Below are positions 49,339 through 62,580 of a stretch of DNA of 64,000 nucleotides, piece by piece. The stretch is from Neovahlkampfia damariscottae. Lineage: Eukaryota. The stretch lies in NCBI GenBank assembly GCA_016618085.1, contig JABLTG010000034.1:62001-126000 (forward strand). The letters run 5' to 3'. Numbering within the stretch: the stretch's first letter is position 1; the number at the start of each line of letters is the position of its first letter. Below the pieces are notes generated by a model that was given only the letters and a program-made list of their open reading frames with translations, ran no database searches and was not told the origin of the DNA. The position numbers and the translations under genes were made by a program.

Positions 49339-50337
49339 TTACAATAAGATGCAACTGGATTCATGGTTTGATTCAAAACCAATCAAATGGTGACTTTCTA
49401 TAAACATGAATTCTTCTTCAATGAATTGTGAAGTAATGATTTCTTTTGATGGTTTAATTTCTTTGTCAATGTGTTCATTCATCACAGTTTCTACTTTTTC
49501 TGGGACATTTTCTTTTTTGAAGTATGAATTTTGAAGCAATTCTTTGATGGTCAATCTGTCATCAGGTGATTTCTTCAGAAGTTTTTTTACAAGTTCAATG
49601 GATTCTTTTGAATATATATTTGAATCTTTAAACTCTATTTCTTTGTATAAAATTTCAGATGCATAATTTGTTGGTGTTTGAGCAATCACTGGAAGTTGGT
49701 CGTAAATTATTTCGTACCAAATAACTCCAAGTGACCATAAATCTACCCTTGAATCATGTCCTCTTTGGAGTATTATTTCAGGTGCCATGAACAACAAAGT
49801 ACCACATGTTGTCTTTGCTAAATCATTTTCATCCAAAATTCTTGAAAAACCAAAGTCAGCAATCTTGATAGATGGTTTTTCTTTAGACATCAACAGTATA
49901 TTACGTGGTTTTAAATCACGATGGATTATATTATTTGAATGCATTTCATCCAAACCTGTTGCTATTTCAAAGATTATTTGTTTAACGACATTCTCTGGAA
50001 TTGGATTTTTTCTGAACTTCATAAAGTTGTATAAATCGCCACCTGGACAATATTCTGTCACTAAAAATGCGTACTTTTTGGACTACAAAAAAATATAAAA
50101 TTCAATTTGTTGTTTTACGTGATAGGAACAAATTAATTTTAGAATATTTGGATGAGTAAAGCTCTCCAGTGTTTTAGTTTCAAGATCAAGTGCTTCAAAT
50201 TGTTTGGTCTGAAAACCTGCTGTCAGTATAATTTTTACAGCAATTTGGTGTTTTGTTTTTTTATGATATCCAAGGTGTACTTCACCGTAACTACCTTTTC
50301 CAATCTTTTGAGTGAGCACATAGTCACCAATTTTCAT
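49339..50337 (-). CDS. Ser/Thr protein kinase, ULK/Atg1-like catalytic domain
   Basis: IGKGSYGEV, AVK, HRDLKPRNILL, KIADFGFSR and MAPE; one intron. Confidence 0.88.
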
Positions 50338-50480
50338 CTTTCAAAATTCATCCTCAAACAACAATTGACCAATAAATAAACGATAATTTTGAAAGTGAAA
50401 TGAATATTTTTAGACATCAAAACACCAACCAGATTCTTCATCAAATGTAAATCCTAAAACAAAATAAATAAAATTTATTA

Positions 50481-51652
50481 TCAATCAAAGGTCTTCAGAA
50501 AGTCTTCAAATTCATCTAATTTTTTATGTAATTCAATTGAGAGAGCAGACAATTGAGCTTTTTTCTTTACAAGTGTTTCTTTTTCAGTTGGTTTTTCTTT
50601 CTTTGGAGTAACTGAATTCAATTTTGGTTTCTCTACTATTTTTGGTGAACTTTCTTCAACTTTTGCTTCTAATTTTATTGGAACTTCAACTTTTGGTGTT
50701 TCTATGATTGAATTTTGAACTGGTGGTGAAATGACGGTTCTTTTGAGTTTTAATTTTTGTTTCTTTAATTCTGGTGCTTCATCTTCTGAGCTCATCGCAA
50801 CTGGGCTTGTATCTGGACTTGAACGTTTTTTACTAATACCTGTTCCTTCTGAATTTGGTTTCAGTTCTTTTTCAGTGTGTTTTGGAGTTTGATCAGAGTT
50901 TTGTGAAACAAAAGATCTTTTTAAAGTTCTAAATTCAACTTTTGGTGATTCTGTTTCGTTTTTTTGAGTTGTGTTTTTTTTTTCTTCATCGTTGTTATTA
51001 TTATACAAATTTGATTCCTTACTATCTTTTCTATCTAATTCTGTTGTTGACTTGTTAATTATACTTGAATTTTCCTCACTTTTTTCTTCTTGGTTAATGA
51101 TAGTTGTATTCTCACTTTTCTTGTCTTCATTGTTAGTAAAATTAAAATTGTTTGTTATTTCCTCACTTTTCTTCATTTCTGTATTATTTGGTAATGGTGG
51201 TGATTTTCTTTGTAATCTTTGAAATATATTCTTCGATTCTGAAGTAGTTTTTGGAACAATAGTTTCTGTTGTTTTAGAAATTGGTACTACAGCTTTCTTA
51301 TCGATTTTCAATTCTTCTGCATCTGGAATTTGTGAAGCATCATGTAAGTAAGCACAAGCATTTCCTTTCGCGCATTTTCCTTCGAGAAAATAGGAGCAAG
51401 GAGTTGCAAATACATGCCTATCAGTGCATTTATCATTATTACAACCTTCAGTTGTTTGAAAAGCGAGACAAATTGGTTTATTCTTGACTAGTTCAGAGTG
51501 TCGAAATTCACAGGCATCTCCCTTTATTTTGAGCTTTTTGATTATATTTGTACCTTGATACATTGTCCTTTCCAAAAATATATGCAGTCTTGAACAACAT
51601 CTTTTTTTGAAGTTGGAGTTACGTTTGCTTGTTTCGTTGGTTGGGATAACAT
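50481..51652 (-). CDS. CCCH zinc-finger protein
   Basis: CIYFLEGQCIK|GDACEFRH, CLAFQTTEGCNNDKCTDRH and CSYFLEGKCAKGNACAYLH. Confidence 0.87.
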
Positions 51653-51765
51653 TTTGATTGGTGGAAATAAACCAATAATATTTATTATAAATTCAAATTA
51701 GAAAAAGAAAAGGAAAAAGTAATTTTCAGAGTAAAGTAAATTTTATTTCAAATTATTAATACATT

Positions 51766-54700
51766 TTATTTTTTTTTCTTCTTTGATAATTTTTTTGGTG
51801 ACCTTGATTCAGGATCTGATTTTTTCAAGGCATTTAATTTAAGAGGTGAAGGAAGTTCATCATAAGACTGATTCAATGAACTTGTTCCAATTGAGCCATC
51901 TTGTGATAATCTTTTTTTGTGCATTGGTACATGTTGAGGAGAATTATTGTTTGAACCATCACTTGATTCAGAATCTTTGATAGTGACAATTGGTTCTGAA
52001 GTTCCTTTGCGCAGTACAGGTGATTTTTTCATCAACATTGAACTTGGTGAATCCAACATAAAATTCTTTTTTGGAGGTCCTACATCTTCATCATTCACTT
52101 CGGAAATTGGAATTATTCCAGAAACTAAATTCTTTGATGATTTTGAACGTGGTGATGTGAATGAATTTCTGAAACTAGAAAAAGAAGATTTTCCACTTGT
52201 TGGTTCTCTTGGTGATGATAATGAACCACCTGAGTTATCAGAGTGTCTTGGTGATATTACTTGAGAACTTGTTGATCTTTCCATTTCTGTTCCTCTTTTC
52301 TTTTTTTTAACAACAAAAACATCATCTCTTCCATCTCTAGCACTTAAATCATCTTTTTTTGTTGAATTATCACCACTTGGAATTGGAAGATGTAATTTTG
52401 TTTTTCCTCTTTTTTGTTTGAAAATATTTAAATAAGTTTTGTTCTTTTTTGAATCATCTGTATCTAATTTTTCATCCATGATAACTTTTGCAAGTTCATG
52501 ATAATCTTCTTTTTTAAATCTTGAATAAGTATCAACCATTGTAGTTGATAATGATTTTTCAACATCTTCAAATAAATCAGGACCTAAATTTGGATCAAGA
52601 CTTGGATCTTCGAATAATCTACTTCTTTCAATATCTAAAATTGCATTAATTGCATCACAAGGTCTTCTGTTAATATTAATTAACTTTGGTGCATCTTCTG
52701 CTAAAAATAAATTAAAAATTGAAATGGCTTTATGAAATCTCTCTGATGGATCTTCTAAATTTCTATAAGCAATAATATTTTCCCAAGCCAAAATATTTTC
52801 TGTACTAAATTCTTTTTCACAAAATGATTTGAAATAAACTCTATATTTTGGATTTGAAATAATTTGTTCAAATTCAAAATTTATATCACTTAAAGCTTCT
52901 TTCATTCCTTTTTGATTCAATGAAAAGTCATAAGGTTGATAAGATACTAATTCATCAATATTTCCTTCATTTTTTTTAATGAATTTTTGTAATGTTGAAT
53001 CTTGACTTGGATGAATATATTTTGATACAAATTCTAATTTTTCTAATTTTGTTTTACCAAATTTTTCATCTTCTAAAATTGAATGTAATTTTATTGAGTT
53101 TTCAAGTAATTCTGTTGAATTTGAAATAAAGAATTTAGTTGCTTCTTCCATACGGTCCTCAACAGTTGAATGTGAATAAAATCTTAAAACAGGTGAACTA
53201 ACTGTTCCTTTATGTAAACAAAAATCCATTCTAAGATCATTTTCAATTTCAATTTCATAATTTTTATCACAACCTAAAATACTCTTTTCTAATTCAGCTA
53301 AATGTATTTCAAATAATCCAATATTGATTCTACATTTTTTTATTTTTTTTGCTCTTTTAACAAATGTATTATTTCCATCTTCAATTGATTTTACAGTACA
53401 CCATAAATTTAAAAAGTTATATAAATTAAGAAATAAACTCTTTTTCCAATTCATTTCAAGTGAATTTGGATCAAGTTTTTGAAATTTATAAATTAATCCT
53501 TCAATATTATAAAAATTCTTTGATTTTCCTAAAGTTGCATATTCGATAGTGTTATTATATTGATCTTTTGAAATGATTGAAAATTCATCACAAAGCATAA
53601 CAAAATTATAATCAAATGTTCTTAATAAATAGTCATCATTTTGTGGTTCAAATAAACAAAATGAATGAGGTGGTGGAAAATATGAAGTTTTAGATCTATC
53701 TTCTGAGAATTGATAATTATATTCTAATGAAAAATCTTTTTCTAAATTTGTTGATTTGACTATAAATTTCTTTATAAAATCATTAATAAGAAATTCAATA
53801 TCTTGATGTGATATAAAATGTTGACTTAAATCTTTAATTCCGTCATATAATTGTTGTCCTGAAAACATATTTTCGACTGTACTTTTTTTTTGTTTGACAG
53901 TTATAAATTCAATTGTATTTCTTAATAAAAGTACCAAAGATTCATGCTTTTTTTTTTTTTTTGATTAATTATTTTGTTTTTTTTTTCTTACTTGTTCATC
54001 TTCTTCAAATCCAAAATAATTTCTTTCTCCATCATATAGAGGATTTATAACTTCTTGTGGTTCATCAGCTAATGGATTATTATACAAAACAGCTTCTTCA
54101 AAAAGTTCATTTTGATAAGTAAAAAATTCGTCTGCAAGTGGATTTACGTATTCAAAATTTTCAACTCCATTGACAACATTTTTAATTCCTTGATATGCAA
54201 GTCTTTCAAATTGAGATATTTTTTGAAAAATTCTTGGTGACGAATTACCGTTTTCATCTTTTGGTTTTGTTGGTATATTTTTAACTTCTCTTGGTGTTAC
54301 AGGTGTAAAACTTTTTGGTGAATCAGTTCTAATTGAAATTCTATTCTTCATGAATGGATTTGTTATTTTTGATTTTTGAAATAATTTAGCCAAATCATCA
54401 ACATGTTTTGCCACTTCTTCTTCACTTTTTTCTTGTTTTTTTAGGTTTGGATTTGTTAAAGCTTTATCCGAAGTTGTATGAACAATAGTAACAGCTCTCT
54501 TTTTTTCTTCTTGTTTTCTTGGTGTTGTTTCTCCTTTTCTAGGTGTAATTGTGGTTCTTCTTTTTCTTCTTGGTGAAGAAATTTGTTGAAGTGTGTCAGT
54601 AACAATAGACTTTGTATCAATTGTTTTTGATTTAACTGCTGTTTCTTTTTCAATTTTTATATTTATTGGTTGAGGTTTTTTTTCTTCAACTTTTGTGTCT

Positions 54701-55362
54701 TGAATTTTTTGTTGAATTTTTTTTTCTACTTGTTTTTCTGGATTTATCTCTTGTACTTTGAGGTTTGGTATTTTTTTTTCAACTGGATTTTCAACTGCTG
54801 TTTCTTTTGGATTTGTAACTGAAGGTTCATTTATAAATTTTTTTCCTTGAGATATACTTGTACTTTGAACTTTTCTTGGACTAAAGTGTTGTTTTTTTCT
54901 TGGTGTCATGGCTTCCATACTTTGAATTAAATTTCTAACTGAACCTCGGGAAGAAAGTGATTTTATCTCTAAATCCAGCTTTTTAGGCTCTTCTTCATTT
55001 TTATTTTCAAGGTTCAATAGAACTTTATCTACAGGTTGTATATTTTCCATTGAAATTAAATCTTTATCTTCTGGTGTTGATGATAAAGAACTTGTTCCAG
55101 AACTCAACTGCTGCTCTTTTTTTTGAAGTTCTTTTGTGTTAAAAATGATATGATTTGGTATTGGTGAGGTAGAAACGTTTGGACTCGTTGTTCCTGAGCT
55201 TCTATTTGAGTTGAACTTATTATCTTTTGTTTTCATGCTTGGAGATGTGGAAAGACTTTTTTCTGAAGAATCTTTTGGTTTTATAAAACTTTTTGATGCT
55301 TCTACTTTCTTCTCCTGTATCCTAGTTTCCCATATAGATAATCTACTGCGAAGTTTTGACAT
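51766..55362 (-). CDS. Disordered N-terminus + DEP-like + DUF547 + RGS protein (about 1183 aa)
   Basis: A 45-nt intron at 53947-53991 joins the two ORFs in frame. ENMFSGQQL (DEP-like); KSLFLNLYN and DLRMDFCLHKGTVSSPVLRFY (DUF547); FKSFCEKEFSTENILAW (RGS). Confidence 0.8.
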
Positions 55363-55615
55363 GCTATTTGTTACTGTTCGTGTTGACTGATTTTCTTCTA
55401 CCTTCGCGATGATTGGTTGATTTTCCCAACCAATTTATTCTGAAGAGAGTTTAGAATATTGTAATAAAGAACAAAATATATTTTTTATTCTTATTTTCTT
55501 CTGTTTGATTGGGTAGTTCTTTCATTTGACCAATTTGGAACAAATCCTTCCAATTTTGTTCCATTTACTGACTTGAAAAACCAACCATACAAATGTTAAA
55601 AAAATGTCATGAGAA

Positions 55616-56505
55616 TTATTCTGAATGGTATGGACAACTTCCCTTTCTTCTCATACAAGGTTTACCTCTTGAATTCGAATGTCCACAAACAATGAAGTTT
55701 TCATCTCCTTCTTCCAAGTCCACTTGTATCTTCTTCTTTTTTGGTTCTGTATTCGTTATTTGATCACTTTTTTTTGAAGGAGCTCTTTTTCTCTTTTCCT
55801 TTTGATGACTGTTCAAAAATTCATTCAACCTTTCATTAAACTCGTCAATCTTTTCGGTTTCATCCAATAATTTATATTCTTGCGACTCTAAATACTCATA
55901 TACTTCCTTTTTAAAATTCACTTTTTCTTCTTTGAAAATGTATTTGAGTTGATGTTGAAAATTTGAACAAATATTTTCAAAAATTTCATTTTTCAGTTTG
56001 TCATAAATAATTTTGGATCTTTCTTCTTCACTTTTATCTTTTACATTCAAAAGATTTGGTTTTTCGAAATATTGATAAATTTCATTTTCAATTTCTTCAA
56101 GTTTTCCCTTTTTTATTTTTTAATTTTTTATTTTTTTACTTCTTTTTTAATTTTTTCCTTCAAGTTTTTTTTAAATTGAAAGATCTTTTCTTCCATATCT
56201 GTTGTTATTCTCTCCTTTATATTTGGTAATTCAATAGGTCCAGTTTGTTTTTTTTCAATTTTTTTTGGTGTTTCTTCTTCTTCTTTTTTTGTTTCCTTTT
56301 CAATGTTATTTTGAGCTACATTTTCAAATGTTTTTTCAAGTTCCGTTTTTTCTTTTGAATTTATTTTTGTTACTTCTTCATTATTTTCTACAGTTTCTTT
56401 GGATGTTTCTTCTTCTACTATCACTTTATCTTCTTTTTCTTTCTTGAATGGATCTGTTTGTACAATTTTTATAGAAACAACATTTGAGTTATTTTGACCC
56501 AACAT
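55616..56505 (-). CDS. Hypothetical nuclear protein with C-terminal C3H zinc ribbon
   Basis: Two exons joined by an A-rich intron; ends CGHSNSRGKPCMRRKGSCPYHSE; NLS-like PKKKK. Confidence 0.65.
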
Positions 56506-56588
56506 CTTAAACTTTTTTTTTTGAATGTTTGTTGGAATGAAATAATTGGTTGATTCCTTCAAACAAAAAAAACTGAAAAAAAAACTTT

Positions 56589-57668
56589 ATGTCTGAGATT
56601 CACCCAGTTCAAGCAAATGAAGTAATTTCAGTAATAATGGGTCTTGGAGTTTGTATATCTACACCTATTACACTATTTGCACAGGTTTATTTTTTTCACT
56701 TTTTACTTAATATTTCACAGACACATAAAATCTTGAAAAACAAATCCGCAGATGGTCTTTCATTTCCAACTTTATCACTAGCGTAAGAAAAACATAATCC
56801 TCAAATATTTTTCAGTGCTCTCAACGCGTTCATGGCTTTTTGTAATGCAACAATTTTGAATTGGGATGAATTAAAAATGTGCAATTGTTTTGTAAGTTTT
56901 GAATTATTTTTTAATATTTTAGAGTATATTTAAATGTTTAGATACCATTCTAATCTCTGCTCAATTATTGATTTTATTTTATTTTTACATGGTCAATCTT
57001 TGTTTATTTATGTTTTTTTATTGGTTTCCAGGAAAGAAAACAGAAGAAGAATCATATGGAAAATTAAAAGATGACAATGAATTGGAATTTGATGAAGAAA
57101 TTCAAGTTGAAGACAAGTGTGTTCAAGACGGAGAAGGTACAATGTATTACAAAACTCAAAGACTTTTTATTTCATCTTTGTATACATTTTTATTCATATC
57201 CTATTTCGTAATGGCTGGTATTGGAATTACATTAACTTGGGTTTATGGATCTGATACAGAATCACCTGGTGGTGTTTATGCTCGTTCTTTAGGTCTAATT
57301 GCTACAATGATTATTATTGTCCAATGGACACCTCAAATGTATCATTTTTTTTCAAATTTAAATTATTTAGATTTCGTACTATTATTGATAGATCTGCTGG
57401 TAATTTTAGTATTGTGATGATTGGTATAATGACACCTGCATCTTTTGTCATTCTTTTTTATTTTGCTGTTTTATCTGGACAAGATTGGACAACTTGGATT
57501 CCATATTTATTCAGTGGGATTCAACAAGCAATTCTTTTGACTCTTTGTATTTATTTTGAATATATTCATAAAAGAATTTTTGGTGAAAAAAAGAAACCAG
57601 AAGATGAAGAAGGTGAAACTCAAAGATTGACAAAACCAAAAGATTCAATGAGAGAAGTACCTTTATAA
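56589..57668 (+). CDS. PQ-loop repeat membrane protein, 5 exons
   Basis: AQ|THKILKNKSADGLS and QWTPQ|IFRTIIDRSAGNFS; multiple TM segments. Confidence 0.87.
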
Positions 57669-57740
57669 ATAATTTCGTTTAATTTTCTTCTGCTCTTTTG
57701 AATTTTCAAACCAATCAAATTGTTTTGGAATTCTCAAACA

Positions 57741-58756
57741 ATGAACAAACGAAAAATGGATAACTTTTTTTCTGATATGGGAAAAATAGATATAGATGAT
57801 AATTTTTCAAAAAAGACTAAAACTGAAATGTCCATGTACAATGTATATTCAAAGTTACCTTGGTATGCAAAAAAAAAAAAACTTAACGATTTTCAACAAG
57901 GATTGTGCCTTCAGCAACAAAAAAAAATAAAAGAAAAAGAGAAGATGATGAATTAACTCCAAAAAAATTCCGAGAAGATTATGTTTATGACGAAAACACC
58001 TTCAAGTAAAAAAAAAACTAATACTTAAAAAAAAGTTCAAATGAAGAAATTATTCAAGTATTTTCACCAAGTCAATTCAATATGAAATTATGTGTTGATA
58101 ATTTCTTAAAATATTCGATGAATAACGAAATTTCTTATTCCAACTTGCAGAACTTTCAAAGAGATATAGGTTTTTTTTCAAACCCAATTTTAGATGTAAG
58201 TTTTTCAATTTTGAATTTATTTTCAAGTTTAAATATTTACTATTGATGTATCAATTAAAATGTGAATCAAAATATCGAATTTTACATCAAGAATGGACAT
58301 TTGGTTTTATGACATTAAAGTAAAAAGATAAAACTTTTAACTTGATAAATTAGTTGTGATACTATCGAAAAAATTCGAACTTATTTAAAAACGATTGAAA
58401 AAATTATACTTGAATGGACAATTGAAGATGTTAAAGCATTTTTCACTTTCTGTTTTCAATTTTTAAAAGATACAAAGCATCAAAAATCACTGGGCACTGA
58501 AGTTGTTTCATGTGTTTTGAAAAGTATCATGGGTAGTAATAGATCAAGTTTTACAGATTCTTTCACAAAATTTTTGATAAATTCTAAAATCAAATGTTTG
58601 AATTTGGATCAATTTAAAATGTTTGTGGATTTTTCATGTATAATCAAACCAGACTTTTCCAATTATGATACAAATGATGCATGGCCAACAGTGTATGATG
58701 ATTATGTTGAATTTATGAAAAATAATGAATTGATGGATTATTCACAAGAATTCTAA
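57741..58756 (+). CDS. DCN1-like cullin-neddylation (PONY domain) protein, 5 exons
   Basis: C-terminal LNLDQFKMFVDF...SNYDTNDAWPTVYDDYVEF; four GT-AG introns restore the frame. Confidence 0.82.
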
Positions 58757-58940
58757 AATGTAAATTTTAAGCAGTATAGTTCCTGCGATTAGAAATTTTT
58801 TTCTATTTTTTTTGGCACAGTGCACAGAGCAATCATTCAAAATAATTCTCCGTTGTATTGACCAATTGGATAAATGATGGAACTAACATCCAATAAAAAC
58901 CCTTGTTTTTGATTTTCCTAAATTCTCTTTTGATTCGTCT

Positions 58941-60386
58941 ATGTCTCAACCACTATTGTTTAGACGTTGGTCACTCATTTTAGTATTTCTTGTATTGCTA
59001 CAGGTTACTAGAACTGAAACACAGCTATATGAAAGTACAATGACATACAATGGCAGTAAGATGCTTCGGAGTTTGTTTGAATTCGAAGGAAAGCAGAATT
59101 CGTTTTCTTTGAGCACCTCAATTTTCAAACAAACCAACTTGAACTTGTTAAATTTAACTTTGACCACAAAAAACGTAAATTATTCAAGAAATTTGAACAT
59201 GTAAGTTTTAATTTTTGAATTAATGAACTAATCTTCCAGAACTTCATTTCCTTATGTGGACGTGCTTTATTTTCACAACTCATCAATTTTTTATGACAAT
59301 TTGCTGGCTAGTGAACTTGTAATCAATGCTAATTTTGAACAGGATATTTCCTTTTCACAAAAACTTCTCAAAATTTGCGCAACAGCAACAACAGTACCTG
59401 AAGAATGGGAAAAATGGTTCATGTTAGGCTTAATTATATCCATTTTTGTATTATTAATTGCTGGATTCAAACAACCATACTTTATTTTTTTGGGTGCTTC
59501 AAGTTTAATTTTCCTAACCGGAATAATTTCCAAAAAAGAATTTTTGATCGGATTTTCAAACGAAAGTCTTTTAACAAATGCTATATTATATCCATTGGTA
59601 AAACCAATTTCCAAAACAGGTGTAGTACAATACATCTTTCAAAAAATTTTAAGATTTAAAAAATTTCCGAGAATGTCTTTGTTATTTTTGTTAGTCGGAG
59701 TAGCCGCATTTTCATCTATATTAAATAATGGACCTATTGTGGCATTATTCATTCCAATAATTACAGATTGGTGCAGAAAGAATCAATTATCACCTTCAAA
59801 ATTTTTAATTCCATTAAGTTATGCGACTATTGCTGGTGGTATGTGCACATTAATAGGAACATCTACAAATATTTTAGTTGATGGTTTTCTTGAAGGAATA
59901 GATTCAAAATTACAATTCACATTTTTTGAAACTGGTTATGTTGGAATACCATTAACAGTTTTTGTCATTTTTTATTTATTCATTTTTGCATTCATTTGTT
60001 TACCAAAAAAGAAAAGTTTAATGAATTTTCTTGAAAGAGATGGAAAATCATTTCTTTCTGAAATTAAAATTTCAAAAAAATCTTCATTAAGAAGAAGAAG
60101 AGTTGGTGAAATAAAAAAACAATATAAAATTGAAGTTATTGAAATTATTAGAGAAAAAGAACATAAAATTGAAAGAATTGTTCCAGTACCTTCTGAAGAA
60201 ATTATTGAAAAAAGAGATATTTTATTAATTTCAGGAGATGTTAATTTATTGATGAAAGTAGTTGATGAAAATCAAAAAGGAATTCTAAAAGAAAAAGTTT
60301 TTAAAAAAATATTAGATAAACATTCAAGACGTGGAAAAAAAAGAAGATCACTTAAAAATGAACAAAATCATCAAAAAGAAAATGAA

Positions 60387-60418
<32 letters not shown>

Positions 60419-62381
60419 AGAAGTTGATATTGAAGCAACATCGTCAGAAAATAAAATTGTTCATCAAGATGATCACAAAAAAAAAGAAGAAGAAGATGAT
60501 GATAAAGAAAGAGAAGATGATGATGATGATGATGAAGATGATTCTTCTTCAGATAGTGATGATGATGAAACTACTAAGAATACTTTGAATACAACAACAA
60601 TGGCTGAAGTTCAATTTGATGAAAAGAATTATCAAAATCCACAACCAACTATTGATGATATTGAAGGAGAAGAAAGTGATGTTGATTTTTTAAAATCAGA
60701 TGTTCATAGATTTGGATACAGTTCATCTGATGCAAGAGAACTTGATGGCATTACAACCAATGAGAATTCACCTTATATCACTGAACAAAGAAATACAGGT
60801 GTTGATGTTAGTGACACAAAAGTGAAAATTGACTTTGCACATCCAATGCAACATTTAAGTCCTGGACGTCGTGCATCATCTGAAGATACAGAAGAAGAAG
60901 AATTAACTGATTATACAAAACCTTTTAAGAATGAAAGAAAAGTTTCAAATCCACTTCCAGAACAAAGTACTAATGTTGAACAATCAACTATACCAACAAA
61001 AACTGACAGAGAATCAATGGAAAAGAAAATTGAATCAAAAATTCATCCTTTGACTATTAAATTTGAAAAAGTTGTTAATGATCGTTTTGATGATATGTCA
61101 CCACAAATTAAAGAAACTGTCATTGAATTTCCAACTCCAAAAACTCAATCACCAGTGGTTGCAGAAAAAGAAACAAATGAAAAAGAAAATGAAAAAGAAA
61201 AACGTAAAAAATCCGAAAAAGAAAAACATAAAGATGAAGATGATAAACCATCCAATTATTTATCATCAGAAATGAACACAAAAGCAAAACCAATTCATCA
61301 ATTAAAAGAAAAATTAAAAAAGAAAAAATCAATGATTACAACAAAAATTGTTGAATTGAAAGAAAAAAAGGATAGTTTCATTGAATTAAGTCCAAAAAGG
61401 AAACTTGAAATTACAATGAAAAAATTTTTCGATTTTTGTAAAAGCAAAATTATCGTCAGCAATAATGATAATCATCATACTGTTGAATTTTTTGAAGTTG
61501 TTTTAAGTGACCATTCAGATATTTTGGGTTGTCTTGTTAGAGATGGAATTTTTCAATCCAAATATGGAGCTTCTATTGTTGCAATTAGAAGAAAAAATGA
61601 AAATTCATTGGCTGGAATTGGAGAAATACAATTTAGAGCTGGAGATTCAATTTTAATTTTAGCAAAATCTTCATTTTATAATCAATGGGAAGATTCTGAT
61701 GATTTTTTTGTCGTTTCAAAATGTGATCATGAAAATATTACTGCTTCTTCACATAAAGAAACTACAACACTTTTTGGAGTTACTTTTAACATTTTCTTTT
61801 TACAATATTTATCAATTCCAATATTTATTGGAATGATTATTGCTGCTGCATGTGGTATTTCAATGTTTGTTTGCGCATTGGTTTCATTAATTGCAATGAT
61901 ACTTTTAGGTGTCATGGATCCAATTAAAGCTTATCAAGCGATCAATTGGGGTGTTATTATATTAATTGGATGTTCATTTGGAATTGGAAAAGGTATTGAT
62001 AATAGTGGATTGTCTTCAACTTTATCAAATTTAATTTTACAAATTCCATTTCCAAATTATTGTTTACCTGGTATCATTTTTTTAATTACTCAAATTATTT
62101 CATCTGTCATTACAAATAATGCTGCAGCTGCTATTACATTTCCACTTGCTGTATCATTTTCAACAATTAGAAATTCTCCAATCAAACCATTGGCAATTGC
62201 ATGTGCATTAGGAGCAAGTGCTGAATTCTCAACACCAATCGGATATCATACAAATCTAATGGTTCAAGGTCCTGGAGGATACAAATTTTTTGATTACACT
62301 AAAGTTGGTTTGCCACTCAATTTTTTTATGTTTGCGATTGCTTCGGTATTAATCCCATTAATTTGGCCATATCCTGTTTAA
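58941..62381 (+). CDS. SLC13/CitMHS-type anion permease with TrkA-C domains (SLT/SAC1-like)
   Basis: SSILNNGPIVALFIP, PSKFLIPLSYATIAGGMCTLIGTSTN and FSTPIGYHTNLMVQGPGGYKFFDY; TrkA-C-like segments; one intron near 59201-59239. Confidence 0.92.
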
Positions 62382-62580
62382 AGACATGTATTTGTTATAA
62401 TTATAAATAAAGTATACAAATGTATTCCTGTAAAAAATAGAAATTCTTTTCGTTATATTCTCATTCACTTAAAGAAATTCATGATATTTGAACAAACACA
62501 TTTGATCAGTTGAAAATAAGATAAAAACTAAGGTTTATGCTTGTAACGTGACTAATTATGTACTAATATTAATATTTTAT

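Noticed and set aside
41700..58825. CAGTG iron-responsive-element-like loops near 41706 and 58817
   Set aside because: The flanking bases do not form the 5-bp upper stem with a bulged C.
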